A DNA stretch of 18,888 nt. Origin: a virus. Taxonomy: Duplodnaviria > Heunggongvirae > Uroviricota > Caudoviricetes. Positions 1 through 8,923 of the stretch are shown in pieces; position 1 is the first letter of the stretch; each line of letters opens with the position of its first letter. The notes beneath the pieces were generated by a model. The model worked only from the letters and a program-made list of their open reading frames with translations, did no database searches and had not been told where the DNA came from. Made by a program: the position numbers and the translations under genes. The stretch spans positions 1 to 18,888 of IMG/VR virus record IMGVR_UViG_3300014970_000019; one strand, written 5' to 3'.

Positions 1-447
1 CACCGCAAAATTGCTACCCTTGCCGGGGTACCGTTGGGATCGATGACCTACTATTTTTCAGGAATTGATGAGTTGTTGCTGGAGGCGTTCAGCAGTTTTA
101 CTGAGATTATGTCCCGGCAATATCAGGCATTTTTTAGCGATGTTAGTGATGCTCAAGGCGCATGCCAGGCTATCACCGATATGATCTACAGCTCACAGGT
201 TGCAACGCCGGATAATATGGAGCTGATGTACCAGCTCTACGCGCTGGCTAGCCGAAAACCGCTATTAAAAACGGTAATGCAAAACTGGATGCAGCGCAGT
301 CAGCAAACGCTCGAACAATGGTTTGAACCCGGAACCGCCCGCGCGCTTGATGCGTTTATTGAGGGGATGACGCTGCATTTTGTCATCGACCGTAAGCCGC
401 TATCGCGCGAGGAGATTTTGAGGATGGTTGAGAGGGTTGCAGGGTAG
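1..447 (+). CDS. TetR/AcrR-family transcriptional regulator, 3' part (start lies upstream of window)
   Basis: Open frame from base 1 to TAG at 445-447. The N-terminal residues in the window ([19 protein letters not shown]) look like the end of a TetR HTH, followed by a typical TetR ligand-binding C-terminal domain. Probably a host gene flanking the prophage. From memory it resembles E. coli RcdA/YbjK, but this is unverified. Confidence 0.8.
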   Translation, partial: HRKIATLAGVPLGSMTYYFSGIDELLLEAFSSFTEIMSRQYQAFFSDVSDAQGACQAITDMIYSSQVATPDNMELMYQLYALASRKPLLKTVMQNWMQRSQQTLEQWFEPGTARALDAFIEGMTLHFVIDRKPLSREEILRMVERVAG

Positions 448-462
448 TAGATAAGTTTTAGA

Positions 463-492
463 TAACAAAAAACCCATTTATGTAAATGGGTT
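463..492 (-). terminator. Rho-independent terminator (hairpin with T-run on minus strand)
   Basis: Perfect inverted repeat aacccattta/taaatgggtt at 471-492. On the minus strand it is followed by TTTT (complement of 467-470), on the plus strand by no T-run. Positioned 3' of the minus-strand ORF 598-867. Confidence 0.5.
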
Positions 493-496
493 AATG

Positions 497-530
497 AAAA
501 CAATAAGTTAGATTAAAAACAATAAGTTAG
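497..530. repeat. Tandem direct repeat, 2 x 15 bp (aaaacaataagttag) spaced by 4 bp
   Basis: Identical 15-mers at 497-511 and 516-530, read directly from the sequence. They lie in the host/prophage border region next to int. Confidence 0.6.
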
Positions 531-597
531 GTTGGTGGTCAGTGGTGGTTATTACGGGGTAATGCCAACCGCTGCCGCCACTTTGTCGCCACTTGTT

Positions 598-867
598 TTA
601 CCTTAGACGCCAGGGGCCTCTATCTTCAATCTGTTCGACTAACCCCTCCTCTTCTAGTTCACGCAATAGTGCAACAACCCAATATTGTTGGTTCGAACTT
701 GTTGCTTTCCGTTTTTCTCCCCAATCGAGGCCGCTTAGACGAAATACCTCAGCTTGCTTAACGCCGTTGCCGTTTTTTTGGGCATCTGGGTGAGTTTTAA
801 GTACGGATAAAGCCAATTCTTTGGCTCTGTTGCGCAATTCCGCTCCCTGATGCTGAAACTTATTCAT
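598..867 (-). CDS. Hypothetical small protein (89 aa), possibly DNA-binding
   Basis: Intact ORF with a terminator-like hairpin downstream on the same strand. No family recognised with confidence. Cannot tell whether it is host or prophage-border encoded. Confidence 0.45.
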   Translation of the reverse strand: MNKFQHQGAELRNRAKELALSVLKTHPDAQKNGNGVKQAEVFRLSGLDWGEKRKATSSNQQYWVVALLRELEEEGLVEQIEDRGPWRLR

Positions 868-925
868 TGATAGTGCTCCATGTGAAAAAAAAGAATATTA
901 GCTCAACAGGGCAAAATACGCATTT

Positions 926-1957
926 TCAAAAACTTGCTATTGATGTTGGTAGTGTTGCCAGCGGATTAAACCGTAATGCAGTTTCCAGGTGATCCGGTGC
1001 CAGATGTGCGTAACGCATAGTCATTTTTATATCGTGGTGTCCGAGAATTTTTTGTAAGGCCAGAATGTTTCCACCCGACATCATGAAGTGCGCCGCAAAC
1101 GTATGGCGCAGAACGTGTGTCAGTTGACCGCGAGGGAGCACGATAGACGTTTTTTCCATCACGGATAAAAATTGAAAATAGCAGTCTGTAAAGAAATTGA
1201 ACCCATCAAGCGCCATGATCTCTTCGTAAAGCTCTTTACTGATAGGGATGCTTCTGTTTTTCTTCCCCTTCGTTCTTACAAAGGTAATTCGGTATTTGGT
1301 CACCTGTGAGCGGGTAAGATTTACGGCTTCACGCCAACGTGCGCCTGTGCTTAAGCATATCTTAACTACCAGTGCCAGAATTGGGTCCTGACGTTTGCAA
1401 TCAGCCAGCAATTCAACAATCTGCTCATGGGTAAGCCATGCCATCTCTTTTTCTGCGATGGTGAATTTTCGCATGTTCTCCAGTGGGTTCGGATACGACC
1501 ATTCGCCCAGACGGGATAGTTCGCTAAAAACACTACTTAGATAGCTTTGCTCCAGGTTAATGGTGACCGGGCTTGCTCCTTTCTTCCATTTCTCGCTGAA
1601 GTAGATCTCGCCTGTCAGGCGTTTATCTCGATAGTGGGCAAACATTTTAGAGGTGAGATCGGTTGCAAGAGGATTGCCCAGAGCGTCAACCATCAACAGC
1701 AATTTGTCATAGACATGCTGCCCAGCTGTCAGAGATTTACCATGTAGTTTGAACCATAGTTCAACCACGTCTTTCAGTGTTCGACGATCCACTGATTCAC
1801 CCAGCCAGGGCTTTGCTTCGGTTTCTTCCATCGTGTGGCGCTCAAAAGCCAGAGCTTCGCCTTTGGTGGCGAATTGTTTACGCACACGACGCCCACTACG
1901 TCCGGCGGGGTAACATTCGCAAAGCCATTTTCCTGTGGTGAGTTTTCGTACTGCCAT
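926..1957 (-). CDS. int: Phage integrase, tyrosine recombinase (P2/186 Int-like)
   Basis: Translation starts MAVRKLTTGKW, typical of P2-family Int N-termini. The C-terminal catalytic region carries the R...HxxR...Y signature context (LRHTFAAHFMMSGG, HHDIKMTMRYAHL). Start moved to the internal ATG at 1957 (RBS ggaggg upstream); the longer 926-2035 ORF is rejected. Confidence 0.9.
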   Translation of the reverse strand: MAVRKLTTGKWLCECYPAGRSGRRVRKQFATKGEALAFERHTMEETEAKPWLGESVDRRTLKDVVELWFKLHGKSLTAGQHVYDKLLLMVDALGNPLATDLTSKMFAHYRDKRLTGEIYFSEKWKKGASPVTINLEQSYLSSVFSELSRLGEWSYPNPLENMRKFTIAEKEMAWLTHEQIVELLADCKRQDPILALVVKICLSTGARWREAVNLTRSQVTKYRITFVRTKGKKNRSIPISKELYEEIMALDGFNFFTDCYFQFLSVMEKTSIVLPRGQLTHVLRHTFAAHFMMSGGNILALQKILGHHDIKMTMRYAHLAPDHLETALRFNPLATLPTSIASF

Positions 1958-2143
1958 AAAAAATGCCCTCCAATAGAGAGTATTTTTACTGTATGTATAA
2001 CCAGTGTCAATGTATGAAATCTTGCGACCATACATCTCACTGAAGCCATAATGAAGTTGGCTATTTTTTGCTATGTGAGTATGTAACTTTTGCGGTTAGC
2101 CTGCGGCTCATTGTTATATTAGGCGCAGATATAAAAGCAAAGT

Positions 2144-2335
2144 TTATCGTGAGTTTTTAGTACAGATTTTTTTGGATTTACTAATAGTTCCATCATTGCA
2201 AACAAATTTTCCATCGGAGGTACAGTGAGATACACCACCCTTTTTCCCAGAACAAGGATAATTTTTAGCATAGGTAGTTAGTGGGCTTAATAACAAAGAG
2301 CATGATAAAACCACAAAAAATACTTTACCAAGCAT
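2144..2335 (-). CDS. Small secreted Cys-containing protein (63 aa) with N-terminal signal peptide; prophage moron
   Basis: Strong RBS (gggagg 5 nt upstream of ATG). Hydrophobic N-terminus [23 protein letters not shown] followed by a mature region with 5 Cys. Local sequence is AT-rich relative to its neighbours. Confidence 0.55.
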   Translation of the reverse strand: MLGKVFFVVLSCSLLLSPLTTYAKNYPCSGKKGGVSHCTSDGKFVCNDGTISKSKKICTKNSR

Positions 2336-2350
2336 AGTTTCCTCCCGGTA

Positions 2351-2920
2351 TTATCTAACATATTTAACTGTTAAACTTATAATTTTTCCAATTATTTCAA
2401 CATCTTCTATCTTGCAGTCGAAGGCTCTGTTTCCACCTTCAACGAAGATTCTTCCACCGGGTAAACGAGTAATGTCGCGGATTGTTATCTCGCCATCAAT
2501 ACTTATTACCCATTTACCATCACGTATATCATCAAATTCTTTATCACAAATAAATTCAGAATTGTTATCTGTGATGACAAAAGGTTTTTTAAACGTAGAG
2601 GGTAGAAATCCCTTATCAAAAATATAAAAACCGTCTTCACGCAAGGCACCATCAGATAATACATATTTAGCAACTTCCATAGTATTTGTATTACCTGAAG
2701 TTTGCTTTGAACCATGTCCAGTTGTGAGCCAATTAAGCGAGGTGCCCGTTTCAAGGGCGCACTGGATTACCCATTCTGCTGGGAATGAGTCACGCATGTA
2801 GCGTGTGGCGAGTGTACTTTTAGAGATTCCTAAATGATCGCACAACGCCTGTCGAGTTTTGAATCCATAAGCTTCTACCATGCGCTCTATAGCGCCTCGT
2901 CCGCCTTTCTCCAAATTCAT
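2351..2920 (-). CDS. cI: CI-type immunity repressor (phage 186 CI-like)
   Basis: About 189 aa, with an N-terminal HTH region (ERMVEAYGFKTRQALCDHLGISKSTLATRYMRD) and a C-terminal oligomerisation-type domain. Divergent from the early operon and adjacent to int, as in 186. Start set at ATG 2920 (RBS ggag 5 nt upstream); the GTG at 2926 is the alternative. Confidence 0.8.
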   Translation of the reverse strand: MNLEKGGRGAIERMVEAYGFKTRQALCDHLGISKSTLATRYMRDSFPAEWVIQCALETGTSLNWLTTGHGSKQTSGNTNTMEVAKYVLSDGALREDGFYIFDKGFLPSTFKKPFVITDNNSEFICDKEFDDIRDGKWVISIDGEITIRDITRLPGGRIFVEGGNRAFDCKIEDVEIIGKIISLTVKYVR

Positions 2921-2944
2921 GGTCACTCCAAGTGAACTTTTATC

Positions 2945-2973
2945 TTGACGATTTCACTGTGCGATCGTATGTT
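2945..2973 (+). promoter_or_regulatory. Candidate sigma70 early promoter (pR-like): TTGACG-17 bp-TATGTT
   Basis: Hexamers at 2945-2950 and 2968-2973 with a 17-bp spacer in the cI/apl intergenic switch region. Flanked by an inverted repeat, gtgaac (2932-2937) and gttcac (2979-2984), that could be an operator. Confidence 0.35.
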
Positions 2974-3045
2974 TATGATGTTCACAAAATACAAACGATC
3001 CGTATTCGTCCTGATTAATCATCATTAAACGAGGAATGTTGCATC

Positions 3046-3267
3046 ATGAGACCTAACATTTCAATCACTCTTACCACGCCTCATGTGACTATTGAACGCT
3101 ATAGCGAGCTGACAGGGCTGTCCATCGATACCATCAATGACATGTTGGCTGACGGACGCCTTATCCGTCACCGTCTGCGCAAAGATAAAAAACGCGAAAA
3201 AGTGATGATCAACATAGCAGCCATGACCGTTGATGCGCTTTCAGAATGCAATCTAAACCTTAATTAG
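3046..3267 (+). CDS. Apl/Cox-like small DNA-binding excisionase/regulator
   Basis: 73-aa first gene of the rightward operon, opposite cI, in the position of 186 apl / P2 cox. RBS gagga at 3031-3035. Assignment is by position and size rather than a recognised motif. Confidence 0.55.
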   Translation: MRPNISITLTTPHVTIERYSELTGLSIDTINDMLADGRLIRHRLRKDKKREKVMINIAAMTVDALSECNLNLN

Positions 3268-3299
3268 TTCGATTCTGAAATACATCAGAGGCATTGACC

Positions 3300-3809
3300 A
3301 TGTTTGATTACCAAGTTTCCAAACATCCACATTTTGATGAAGCCTGTCGTGCATTCGCACTGCGCCACAACCTGGTGCAACTGGCAGAACGTGCAGGCAT
3401 GAATGTGCAGATTCTGCGGAACAAGCTGAACCCAGCTCAACCTCATTTATTAACCGCACCAGACATCTGGCTGCTTACCGATCTGACTGAGGACTCAACA
3501 CTGGTAGATGGTTTTCTGGCACAGATTCATTGTCTGCCATGTGTTCCGATTAATGAGGTGGCAAAAGAGAAACTGCCGCATTACGTCATGAGTGCAACTG
3601 CAGAGATAGGACGTGTCGCGGCAGGTGCGGTTTCTGGCGATGTAAAAACCAGTGCAGGCCGTCGTGATGCGATCAGCAGCATTAACTCTGTAACACGACT
3701 GATGGCGCTGGCTGCTGTTTCATTGCAGGCCCGTTTACAGGCTAATCCTGCGATGGCGAGTGCAGTTGATACCGTGACTGGCCTCGGTGCTTCATTCGGT
3801 TTGCTGTGA
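3300..3809 (+). CDS. CII-like lysogeny establishment regulator (186 CII-like)
   Basis: 169 aa from ATG 3300, the same length as 186 CII as I recall it. It is the second gene of the early operon. RBS agagg at 3287-3291. Confidence 0.6.
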   Translation: MFDYQVSKHPHFDEACRAFALRHNLVQLAERAGMNVQILRNKLNPAQPHLLTAPDIWLLTDLTEDSTLVDGFLAQIHCLPCVPINEVAKEKLPHYVMSATAEIGRVAAGAVSGDVKTSAGRRDAISSINSVTRLMALAAVSLQARLQANPAMASAVDTVTGLGASFGLL

Positions 3810-3816
3810 GGTGCTT

Positions 3817-4017
3817 ATGCTGACGAAAGAACCATCATTTGCATCGCTGCTGGTAAAACAAAGTCCGGCAATGCACTACGGTCACGGCTGGATCATGGGG
3901 GAGGATGGTAAACGCTGGCATCCGTGCCGTTCACAAGATGAATTGCTGGCAGAACTATCTACGAAAAAACGGGGGAACAAATGGCTATTGAAGGCGCTGC
4001 GGCGACTGTTCCATTAA
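3817..4017 (+). CDS. Hypothetical early protein (66 aa; Fil-like position)
   Basis: ATG at 3817 with RBS gaggtg upstream. The track ORF 3787-4017 is trimmed to this internal start. Confidence 0.45.
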   Translation: MLTKEPSFASLLVKQSPAMHYGHGWIMGEDGKRWHPCRSQDELLAELSTKKRGNKWLLKALRRLFH

Positions 4018-4322
4018 GCCCCGGTGAACGCCTGAGTGGACTTAATCACATAGCGGAATTAAGGGCGAAAGTTTTTGGCCTGAATATTGAGTCAGAGCTT
4101 GAGCGGTTTATTAAAGATATGCGTGATCCACGGGATATCAATAATGAACAAAATAAACGGGCACTGGCTGCTATATTCTTTATGGCAAAAATTCCGGCTG
4201 AACGTCATAGCATCAGCATTAATGAGCTGACCACTGACGAAAAGCGGGAGCTGATTAAAGCAATGAATCATTTTCGTGCAGTGGTGAGCTTATTTCCCAG
4301 ACGGCTAACCATGCCGAATTAA
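3981..4322 (+). CDS. Hypothetical early protein (113 aa)
   Basis: ATG at 3981 with RBS ggggga 5 nt upstream. Overlaps the previous ORF by 37 nt in a different frame. Confidence 0.5.
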   Translation: MAIEGAAATVPLSPGERLSGLNHIAELRAKVFGLNIESELERFIKDMRDPRDINNEQNKRALAAIFFMAKIPAERHSISINELTTDEKRELIKAMNHFRAVVSLFPRRLTMPN

Positions 4323-4389
4323 CCAACTAATGAAATTAATGGCGTAAACCCGCCGGGCATCCCTTTATCTAAATTCAGGAGAATTGATT

Positions 4390-4623
4390 ATGCGTAATAT
4401 TGAAACCCTCACGACTAAAACCGGACCGGATGACGCAGGGCTTAATATTTTACTGACAGAGGCTCGTCTGGAAGAACGCCGGGCAAGGGCTGAAGCAATG
4501 GCAGCTCGCCTTGATCGCCTGGCGTGTCATATCACATCCCGCCAGCTAAACCACGTCGAAGCGGCAGAACTGCTGCGTGTGACCGCTGAAGCAATCCAGA
4601 ACGAAGCGCAGGAGATCCACTAA
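4390..4623 (+). CDS. Hypothetical early protein (77 aa)
   Basis: ATG at 4390 with RBS aggag at 4377-4381. Its stop overlaps the start of the next gene (TAATG). Confidence 0.5.
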   Translation: MRNIETLTTKTGPDDAGLNILLTEARLEERRARAEAMAARLDRLACHITSRQLNHVEAAELLRVTAEAIQNEAQEIH

Positions 4624-4850
4624 TGGCTGATGCAATGGATCTCGTACAGCAGCGCGTTGAAGAAGAACGCCAGCGCCATATCCGTGCTGCCCGTGCCAAA
4701 ACACCGGGCGTGTCTCGCGTGCTTTGTATTGAATGTGAAGCGCCAATTCCGCCAGCACGCCGCCGCGCCATTCCAGGAGTGCAGCTTTGCATTACCTGCC
4801 AGGAAATCGCAGAGCTGAAAGGTAAACATTACAACGGAGGTGCTGTATGA
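4623..4850 (+). CDS. TraR/DksA-family C4 zinc-finger protein
   Basis: CIECEAP-x16-CITCQ gives a C-x2-C-x17-C-x2-C spacing at the C-terminus of a 75-aa protein, characteristic of phage TraR/DksA-like proteins in P2-family early regions. Confidence 0.75.
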   Translation: MADAMDLVQQRVEEERQRHIRAARAKTPGVSRVLCIECEAPIPPARRRAIPGVQLCITCQEIAELKGKHYNGGAV

Positions 4851-5704
4851 GCACCATCCTGAAATGGGCGGGAAATAAAACCGCCATTATGTCCGAACTG
4901 AAAAAATACCTTCCTGCTGGCCCGCGACTGGTTGAACCTTTCGCGGGTTCTTGTGCTGTGATGATGGCGACGGATTACCCCAGCTATCTGGTTGCGGATA
5001 TTAATCCTGATTTAATCAACCTCTATAAAAAGATTGCCGCTGATTGCGAAGCGTTTATATCTCGTGCCAGAGTTTTATTTGAGGAAGCAAACAGTGAGCT
5101 GGCTTATTACAACATAAGACAGGAGTTTAATTACTCAACTGAAATTACTGATTTCATGAAGGCGATATATTTCCTGTATCTCAATCGTCACGGTTACCGT
5201 GGTTTATGTCGCTATAACAAGAGCGGGCATTTCAACATTCCCTACGGTAATTATAAAAATCCGTATTTCCCTGAAAAAGAAATTCGCGCATTTGCAGAGA
5301 AAGCCCCGCGGGCAACGTTTATCTGCACGAGCTTTGATGAAACGCTGGCGATGTTGAAGGCGGGGGATGTGGTGTATTGCGATCCGCCTTATGACGGTAC
5401 GTTTTCCGGCTATCACACTGATGGTTTCACTGAAGATGACCAGTATCACCTGGCATCCGTTCTTGAACATCGAGCATCTGAAGGACATCCGGTCATTGTT
5501 TCTAACAGTGACACATCCCTGATCCGTTCGCTGTATCGCAATTTCACTCACTACTACATCAAGGCAAAACGCAGCATCGGCGTGTCGGCTGGCGAGAGTA
5601 AATCTGCAACAGAAATCATTGCTGTTTCCGGGGCGCGCTGCTGGGTGGGATTTGATCCTTCGCGTGGCGTGGATAGTTCTGCTGTGTACGAGGTGCGTGT
5701 ATGA
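4847..5704 (+). CDS. dam: DNA adenine methyltransferase (Dam-like N6-MTase)
   Basis: N-terminal SAM-binding motif ([11 protein letters not shown]) and catalytic DPPY motif (CDPPYDG). About 285 aa. Start overlaps the TraR stop (ATGA). Confidence 0.85.
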   Translation: MSTILKWAGNKTAIMSELKKYLPAGPRLVEPFAGSCAVMMATDYPSYLVADINPDLINLYKKIAADCEAFISRARVLFEEANSELAYYNIRQEFNYSTEITDFMKAIYFLYLNRHGYRGLCRYNKSGHFNIPYGNYKNPYFPEKEIRAFAEKAPRATFICTSFDETLAMLKAGDVVYCDPPYDGTFSGYHTDGFTEDDQYHLASVLEHRASEGHPVIVSNSDTSLIRSLYRNFTHYYIKAKRSIGVSAGESKSATEIIAVSGARCWVGFDPSRGVDSSAVYEVRV

Positions 5705-8115
5705 GTCATGCCGATATGAGCGACTCTAGCGGCTTTAACGAGGCCGCTGCAGCATTTTCATGGAACGGCCCGAAAAAGGCCATAAACCCTTATCTGGACC
5801 CGGCGGAAGTTGCGCCGGTTTCTGCGCTTTCAAACCTGATCACTCTGTATGCTGCCGATAACGAGCAGGAACAGCTGCGCCGCGAGGAATTGAGTGAACA
5901 GGTCTGGGAGCGTTATTTCTTTAATGAATCCCGTGATCCTGTCCAGCGCGAAATGGAGCAGGATAAGCTCATTAGTCGGGCAAAGCTGGCGCATGAGCAG
6001 CAGCGTTTTAACCCGGACATGGTCATTCTGGCGGACGTCAGCGCCCAGCCCACCCACATCAGCAAGCCGCTGATGCAAAGTATCGAATACTTCTGCAGCC
6101 TTGGCAGGCCAAAGGCTTATTCCCGCTATTTGCGTGAGACGATTAAGCCATGTCTGGAGCGACTGGATTGTGTACGCGACAGTCAGCTATCTACTTCTTT
6201 CCGTTTTATGGCAAGCCATCAAGGGCTGGAGGGCCTGCTGATCCTGCCTGAAATGAGTCAGGATCAGGTGAAACGCCTGTCCACCCTGGTAGCTGCGCAT
6301 ATGAGCATGTGTCTTGAGGCCGCTTGTGGTGATTTGTATACCAACGATGACGTAAAGCCAGAAGAAATCCGCAAGACATGGGAAAAGGTGGCAGCGGAAA
6401 CCCTGCGTCTGGATGTTATCCCGCCTGCGTTTGAGAAACTTCGTCGGAAAAGAAACCGCCGCAAACCTGTGCCCTATGAACTCATTCCGGGTTCGCTGGC
6501 ACGTATGCTTTGCGCCGACTGGTGGTATCGAAAATTGTGGAAGATGCGTTGCGAATGGCGGGAAGAGCAGTTGCGTGCTGTCTGTCTGGTCAGCAAAAAA
6601 GCATCTCCCTATGTCAGCTATGAAGCAGTGACGCATAAACGTGAGCAGCGCCGCAAGTCGCTGGAGTTTTTCCGTTCTCATGAACTGGTGAACGAAGACG
6701 GAGACACGCTGGATATGGAAGATGTGGTAAACGCCAGCAGCAGCAACCCGGCACATCGCCGCAATGAGATGATGGCCTGCGTTAAAGGTCTGGAGCTTAT
6801 CGCGGAAATGCGCGGTGACTGCGCCGTTTTCTACACCATCACATGTCCGTCACGTTTCCATTCCACGCTCAATAACGGCAGGCCCAACCCGACCTGGACA
6901 AATGCGACGGTAAGACAAAGCAGCGATTATCTGGTCGGCATGTTTGCTGCATTTCGTAAGGCGATGCACAAAACCGGGTTGCGCTGGTATGGCGTACGGG
7001 TGGCTGAGCCGCACCATGACGGTACTGTGCACTGGCATCTCATGTGTTTCATGCGCAAAAAAGACCGCCGCGCCATTACTGCATTGTTGCGTAAGTTTGC
7101 CATCCGTGAAGACCGCGAGGAGCTGGGCAATAACACGGGCCCACGCTTTAAGTCTGAGCTGATAAACCCACGCAAAGGAACGCCGACAAGCTACATCGCA
7201 AAATACATCAGTAAGAACATTGACGGGCGTGGTCTGGCTAACGAGATCAGCAAGGAAACGGGTAAATCCCTGCGTGATAACGCCGAATACGTTAATGCCT
7301 GGGCGTCTCTGCATCGTGTTCAGCAGTTCCGCTTCTTTGGTATTCCGGGGCGCCAGGCTTACCGTGAACTTCGCTTGCTGGCTGGTCAGGCGGCAAGGCA
7401 ACAGGGTGACAAAAAAGCAGGTGCGCCGGTACTGGATAACCCGCGCCTTGATGCCATCCTGGCTGCTGCTGATGCTGGTTGTTTTGCCACCTACATCATG
7501 AAGCAGGGCGGCGTACTGGTTCCCCGCAAATATCACCTCATCAGAACCGCTTATGAAATCAACGAAGAGCCAACCGCCTATGGCGATCACGGTATTCGTA
7601 TTTATGGCATCTGGTCACCCATTGCAGAGGGCAAGATCTGCACTCATGCAGTGAAGTGGAAAATGGTTCGTAAGGCCGTTGACGTTCAGGAGGCGGCAGC
7701 CGACCAGGGCGCTTGCGCCCCTTGGACTCGTGGCAATAACTGTCCCCTTGCTGAAAATTTGAACCAACAGGAGAAAGATAAATCAGCTGATGGGGACACC
7801 AGAACGGATATTACCCGCATGGATGACAAGGCGTTGCACGATTATCTGCACAGTATGAGCAAAAAAGAGCGCCGGGAACTGGCAGCAAGGTTACGCCTGG
7901 TTAAGCCGAAACGGCGTAAAGACTACAAACAGCGAATTACAGATCATCAGCGACAGCAGCTCGTCTATGAACTGAAGTCCAGAGGATTTGATGGCAGCGA
8001 GAAAGAGGTCGATTTACTCCTTCGCGGTGGCAGTATTCCGTCAGGAGCAGGCCTGCGTATCTTCTATCGGAACCAGCGTTTGCAGGAAGATGATAAGTGG
8101 CGAAACCTGTATTAA
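5701..8115 (+). CDS. A: Rolling-circle replication initiation endonuclease (P2 gpA-like)
   Basis: 804-aa protein with an HxH metal-binding motif ([10 protein letters not shown]) and downstream Tyr residues (YIAKYISK), typical of P2 A / HUH endonucleases. Start overlaps the dam stop (ATGA). Confidence 0.9.
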   Translation: MSHADMSDSSGFNEAAAAFSWNGPKKAINPYLDPAEVAPVSALSNLITLYAADNEQEQLRREELSEQVWERYFFNESRDPVQREMEQDKLISRAKLAHEQQRFNPDMVILADVSAQPTHISKPLMQSIEYFCSLGRPKAYSRYLRETIKPCLERLDCVRDSQLSTSFRFMASHQGLEGLLILPEMSQDQVKRLSTLVAAHMSMCLEAACGDLYTNDDVKPEEIRKTWEKVAAETLRLDVIPPAFEKLRRKRNRRKPVPYELIPGSLARMLCADWWYRKLWKMRCEWREEQLRAVCLVSKKASPYVSYEAVTHKREQRRKSLEFFRSHELVNEDGDTLDMEDVVNASSSNPAHRRNEMMACVKGLELIAEMRGDCAVFYTITCPSRFHSTLNNGRPNPTWTNATVRQSSDYLVGMFAAFRKAMHKTGLRWYGVRVAEPHHDGTVHWHLMCFMRKKDRRAITALLRKFAIREDREELGNNTGPRFKSELINPRKGTPTSYIAKYISKNIDGRGLANEISKETGKSLRDNAEYVNAWASLHRVQQFRFFGIPGRQAYRELRLLAGQAARQQGDKKAGAPVLDNPRLDAILAAADAGCFATYIMKQGGVLVPRKYHLIRTAYEINEEPTAYGDHGIRIYGIWSPIAEGKICTHAVKWKMVRKAVDVQEAAADQGACAPWTRGNNCPLAENLNQQEKDKSADGDTRTDITRMDDKALHDYLHSMSKKERRELAARLRLVKPKRRKDYKQRITDHQRQQLVYELKSRGFDGSEKEVDLLLRGGSIPSGAGLRIFYRNQRLQEDDKWRNLY

Positions 8116-8207
8116 TTACGCGGGTTAACAATTCGTGCTCTTAATAATACCAGGCATATCAGGCTGATGAACGTAAAAAAACGTTTTACATCAGTAAGAT
8201 TATTATA

Positions 8208-8227
8208 TACTGTAAATATAAACAGTG
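8208..8227. promoter_or_regulatory. LexA (SOS) box TACTGTAAATATAAACAGTG
   Basis: CTGT-N8-ACAG palindrome with an AT-rich centre (CTGT at 8210-8213, ACAG at 8222-8225), about 40 bp upstream of the 8268 ORF and the DinI-like gene. It overlaps AT-rich -10-like sequence. Confidence 0.6.
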
Positions 8228-8267
8228 ATTATATATACAGTATTGCTTTGGTGTCATAGGAGGAAAG

Positions 8268-8456
8268 ATGCAGGACTATTTTTTGGAGTCTTTGAAGCTC
8301 CAGCGCATTGATTTTTTTCTTAAGCTTGTAGCGGCTAGTGAGTGTAGTGATGAAGAGAAGGGGCTGGCTCTGCAGTGGGTTTCTGAACTGACAGATGAAC
8401 TCATGGCAAAAATCAGAACCCACGAATACAACCGCTCAATGGATGTCATCAGCTGA
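8268..8456 (+). CDS. Small hypothetical protein (62 aa), first gene of the SOS-controlled module (possible Tum N-terminal-like antirepressor part)
   Basis: Strong RBS aggagg at 8258-8263 with ATG at 8268. Lies downstream of the LexA box, and its stop overlaps the RBS of the DinI-like gene. Confidence 0.5.
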   Translation: MQDYFLESLKLQRIDFFLKLVAASECSDEEKGLALQWVSELTDELMAKIRTHEYNRSMDVIS

Positions 8457-8466
8457 GGTGACTTTT

Positions 8467-8700
8467 ATGCGCATTGAAATAATGATCGATAAAGAGCAGA
8501 AGATTAGCCAGTCTACACTGGACGCCCTTGAATCCGAGCTTTACCGCAATCTGCGCCCCCTGTATCCCAAAACGGTAATTCGTATTCGCAAAGGTAGCTC
8601 TAACGGTGTGGAACTGACCGGACTGCAACTGGACGAAGAAAGAAAACAAGTGATGAAAATTATGCAGAAGGTGTGGGAAGACGACAGCTGGCTGCATTAA
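8467..8700 (+). CDS. DinI-family protein (phage Tum C-terminal/DinI-like)
   Basis: 77 aa starting MRIEIMIDKEQKIS and ending ...MQKVWEDDSWLH, which resembles the DinI pattern (MRIEV...; acidic C-terminus with W). RBS gaggtg upstream. Start trimmed from the track ORF 8395-8700. Confidence 0.8.
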   Translation: MRIEIMIDKEQKISQSTLDALESELYRNLRPLYPKTVIRIRKGSSNGVELTGLQLDEERKQVMKIMQKVWEDDSWLH

Positions 8701-8835
8701 GAAACGTTGCTGGCGTCTGAACTTGTTTCTGGCGTCAGCAAGGTTGAACAACGAGCCCTTGCGAGGCGTTAGCTCTGTAGTGCATGTCTATGCCGCATGA
8801 GATCGCATGATCGTTTGAGGATCGTTTTTGCTAAG

Positions 8836-8859
8836 GCCCGCCAGAACTGGCGGGCTTTT
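8836..8859 (+). terminator. Rho-independent terminator
   Basis: Perfect GC-rich stem gcccgccag / ctggcgggc (8836-8844 and 8847-8855) with a 2-nt loop, followed by TTTT (8856-8859). Confidence 0.7.
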
Positions 8860-8904
8860 GCGTAGATCATGCACCTGCATGAAAACCACTACATAAAGCG
8901 GGCA

Positions 8905-8923
8905 GGCGTGGCGGGGATACGAG
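8905..8923. other. cos-like sequence (candidate cohesive-end site or remnant)
   Basis: ggcgtggcggggatacgag. The first 13 nt match the 186/P2 cohesive-end 19-mer as I recall it (GGCG[T/A]GGCGGGGAAAGCA[T/C]). It sits between the tum-like module and the portal-proximal region, where cos is expected. Confidence 0.35.

Noticed and set aside
497-530. Possible CRISPR array
   Set aside because: There are only two copies of a 15-bp repeat with a 4-bp spacer and no further repeats, so it is not a CRISPR array.
926-2035. Longer integrase ORF with a 26-aa N-terminal extension (MYGRKISYIDTGYTYSK...)
   Set aside because: The extension has no RBS and no Int-like sequence. The internal ATG at 1957 has a ggaggg RBS and gives a typical P2-family Int N-terminus.
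4623-4850. Possibility that the 75-aa zinc-finger protein is the Ogr/B late activator
   Set aside because: The Cys spacing and surrounding sequence fit the DksA/TraR C4 finger rather than Ogr/B. In P2, ogr lies beyond gene D, outside this window. Some uncertainty remains.
6187-7590. Minus-strand ORFs (189 aa and 246 aa) inside the replication gene A
   Set aside because: They are antisense to gpA and explained by codon bias of the plus-strand gene.
8395-8700. Longer DinI-like ORF starting at 8395 (MNSWQK...)
   Set aside because: The extension overlaps the upstream ORF and lacks an RBS. ATG 8467 has a gaggtg RBS and gives a canonical DinI N-terminus (MRIEI).
8701-8750. Imperfect repeat ctggcgtc...ctggcgtcagca after the DinI-like gene as a terminator
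   Set aside because: The two copies are direct rather than inverted, so no stable hairpin forms. The clean terminator is at 8836-8859.
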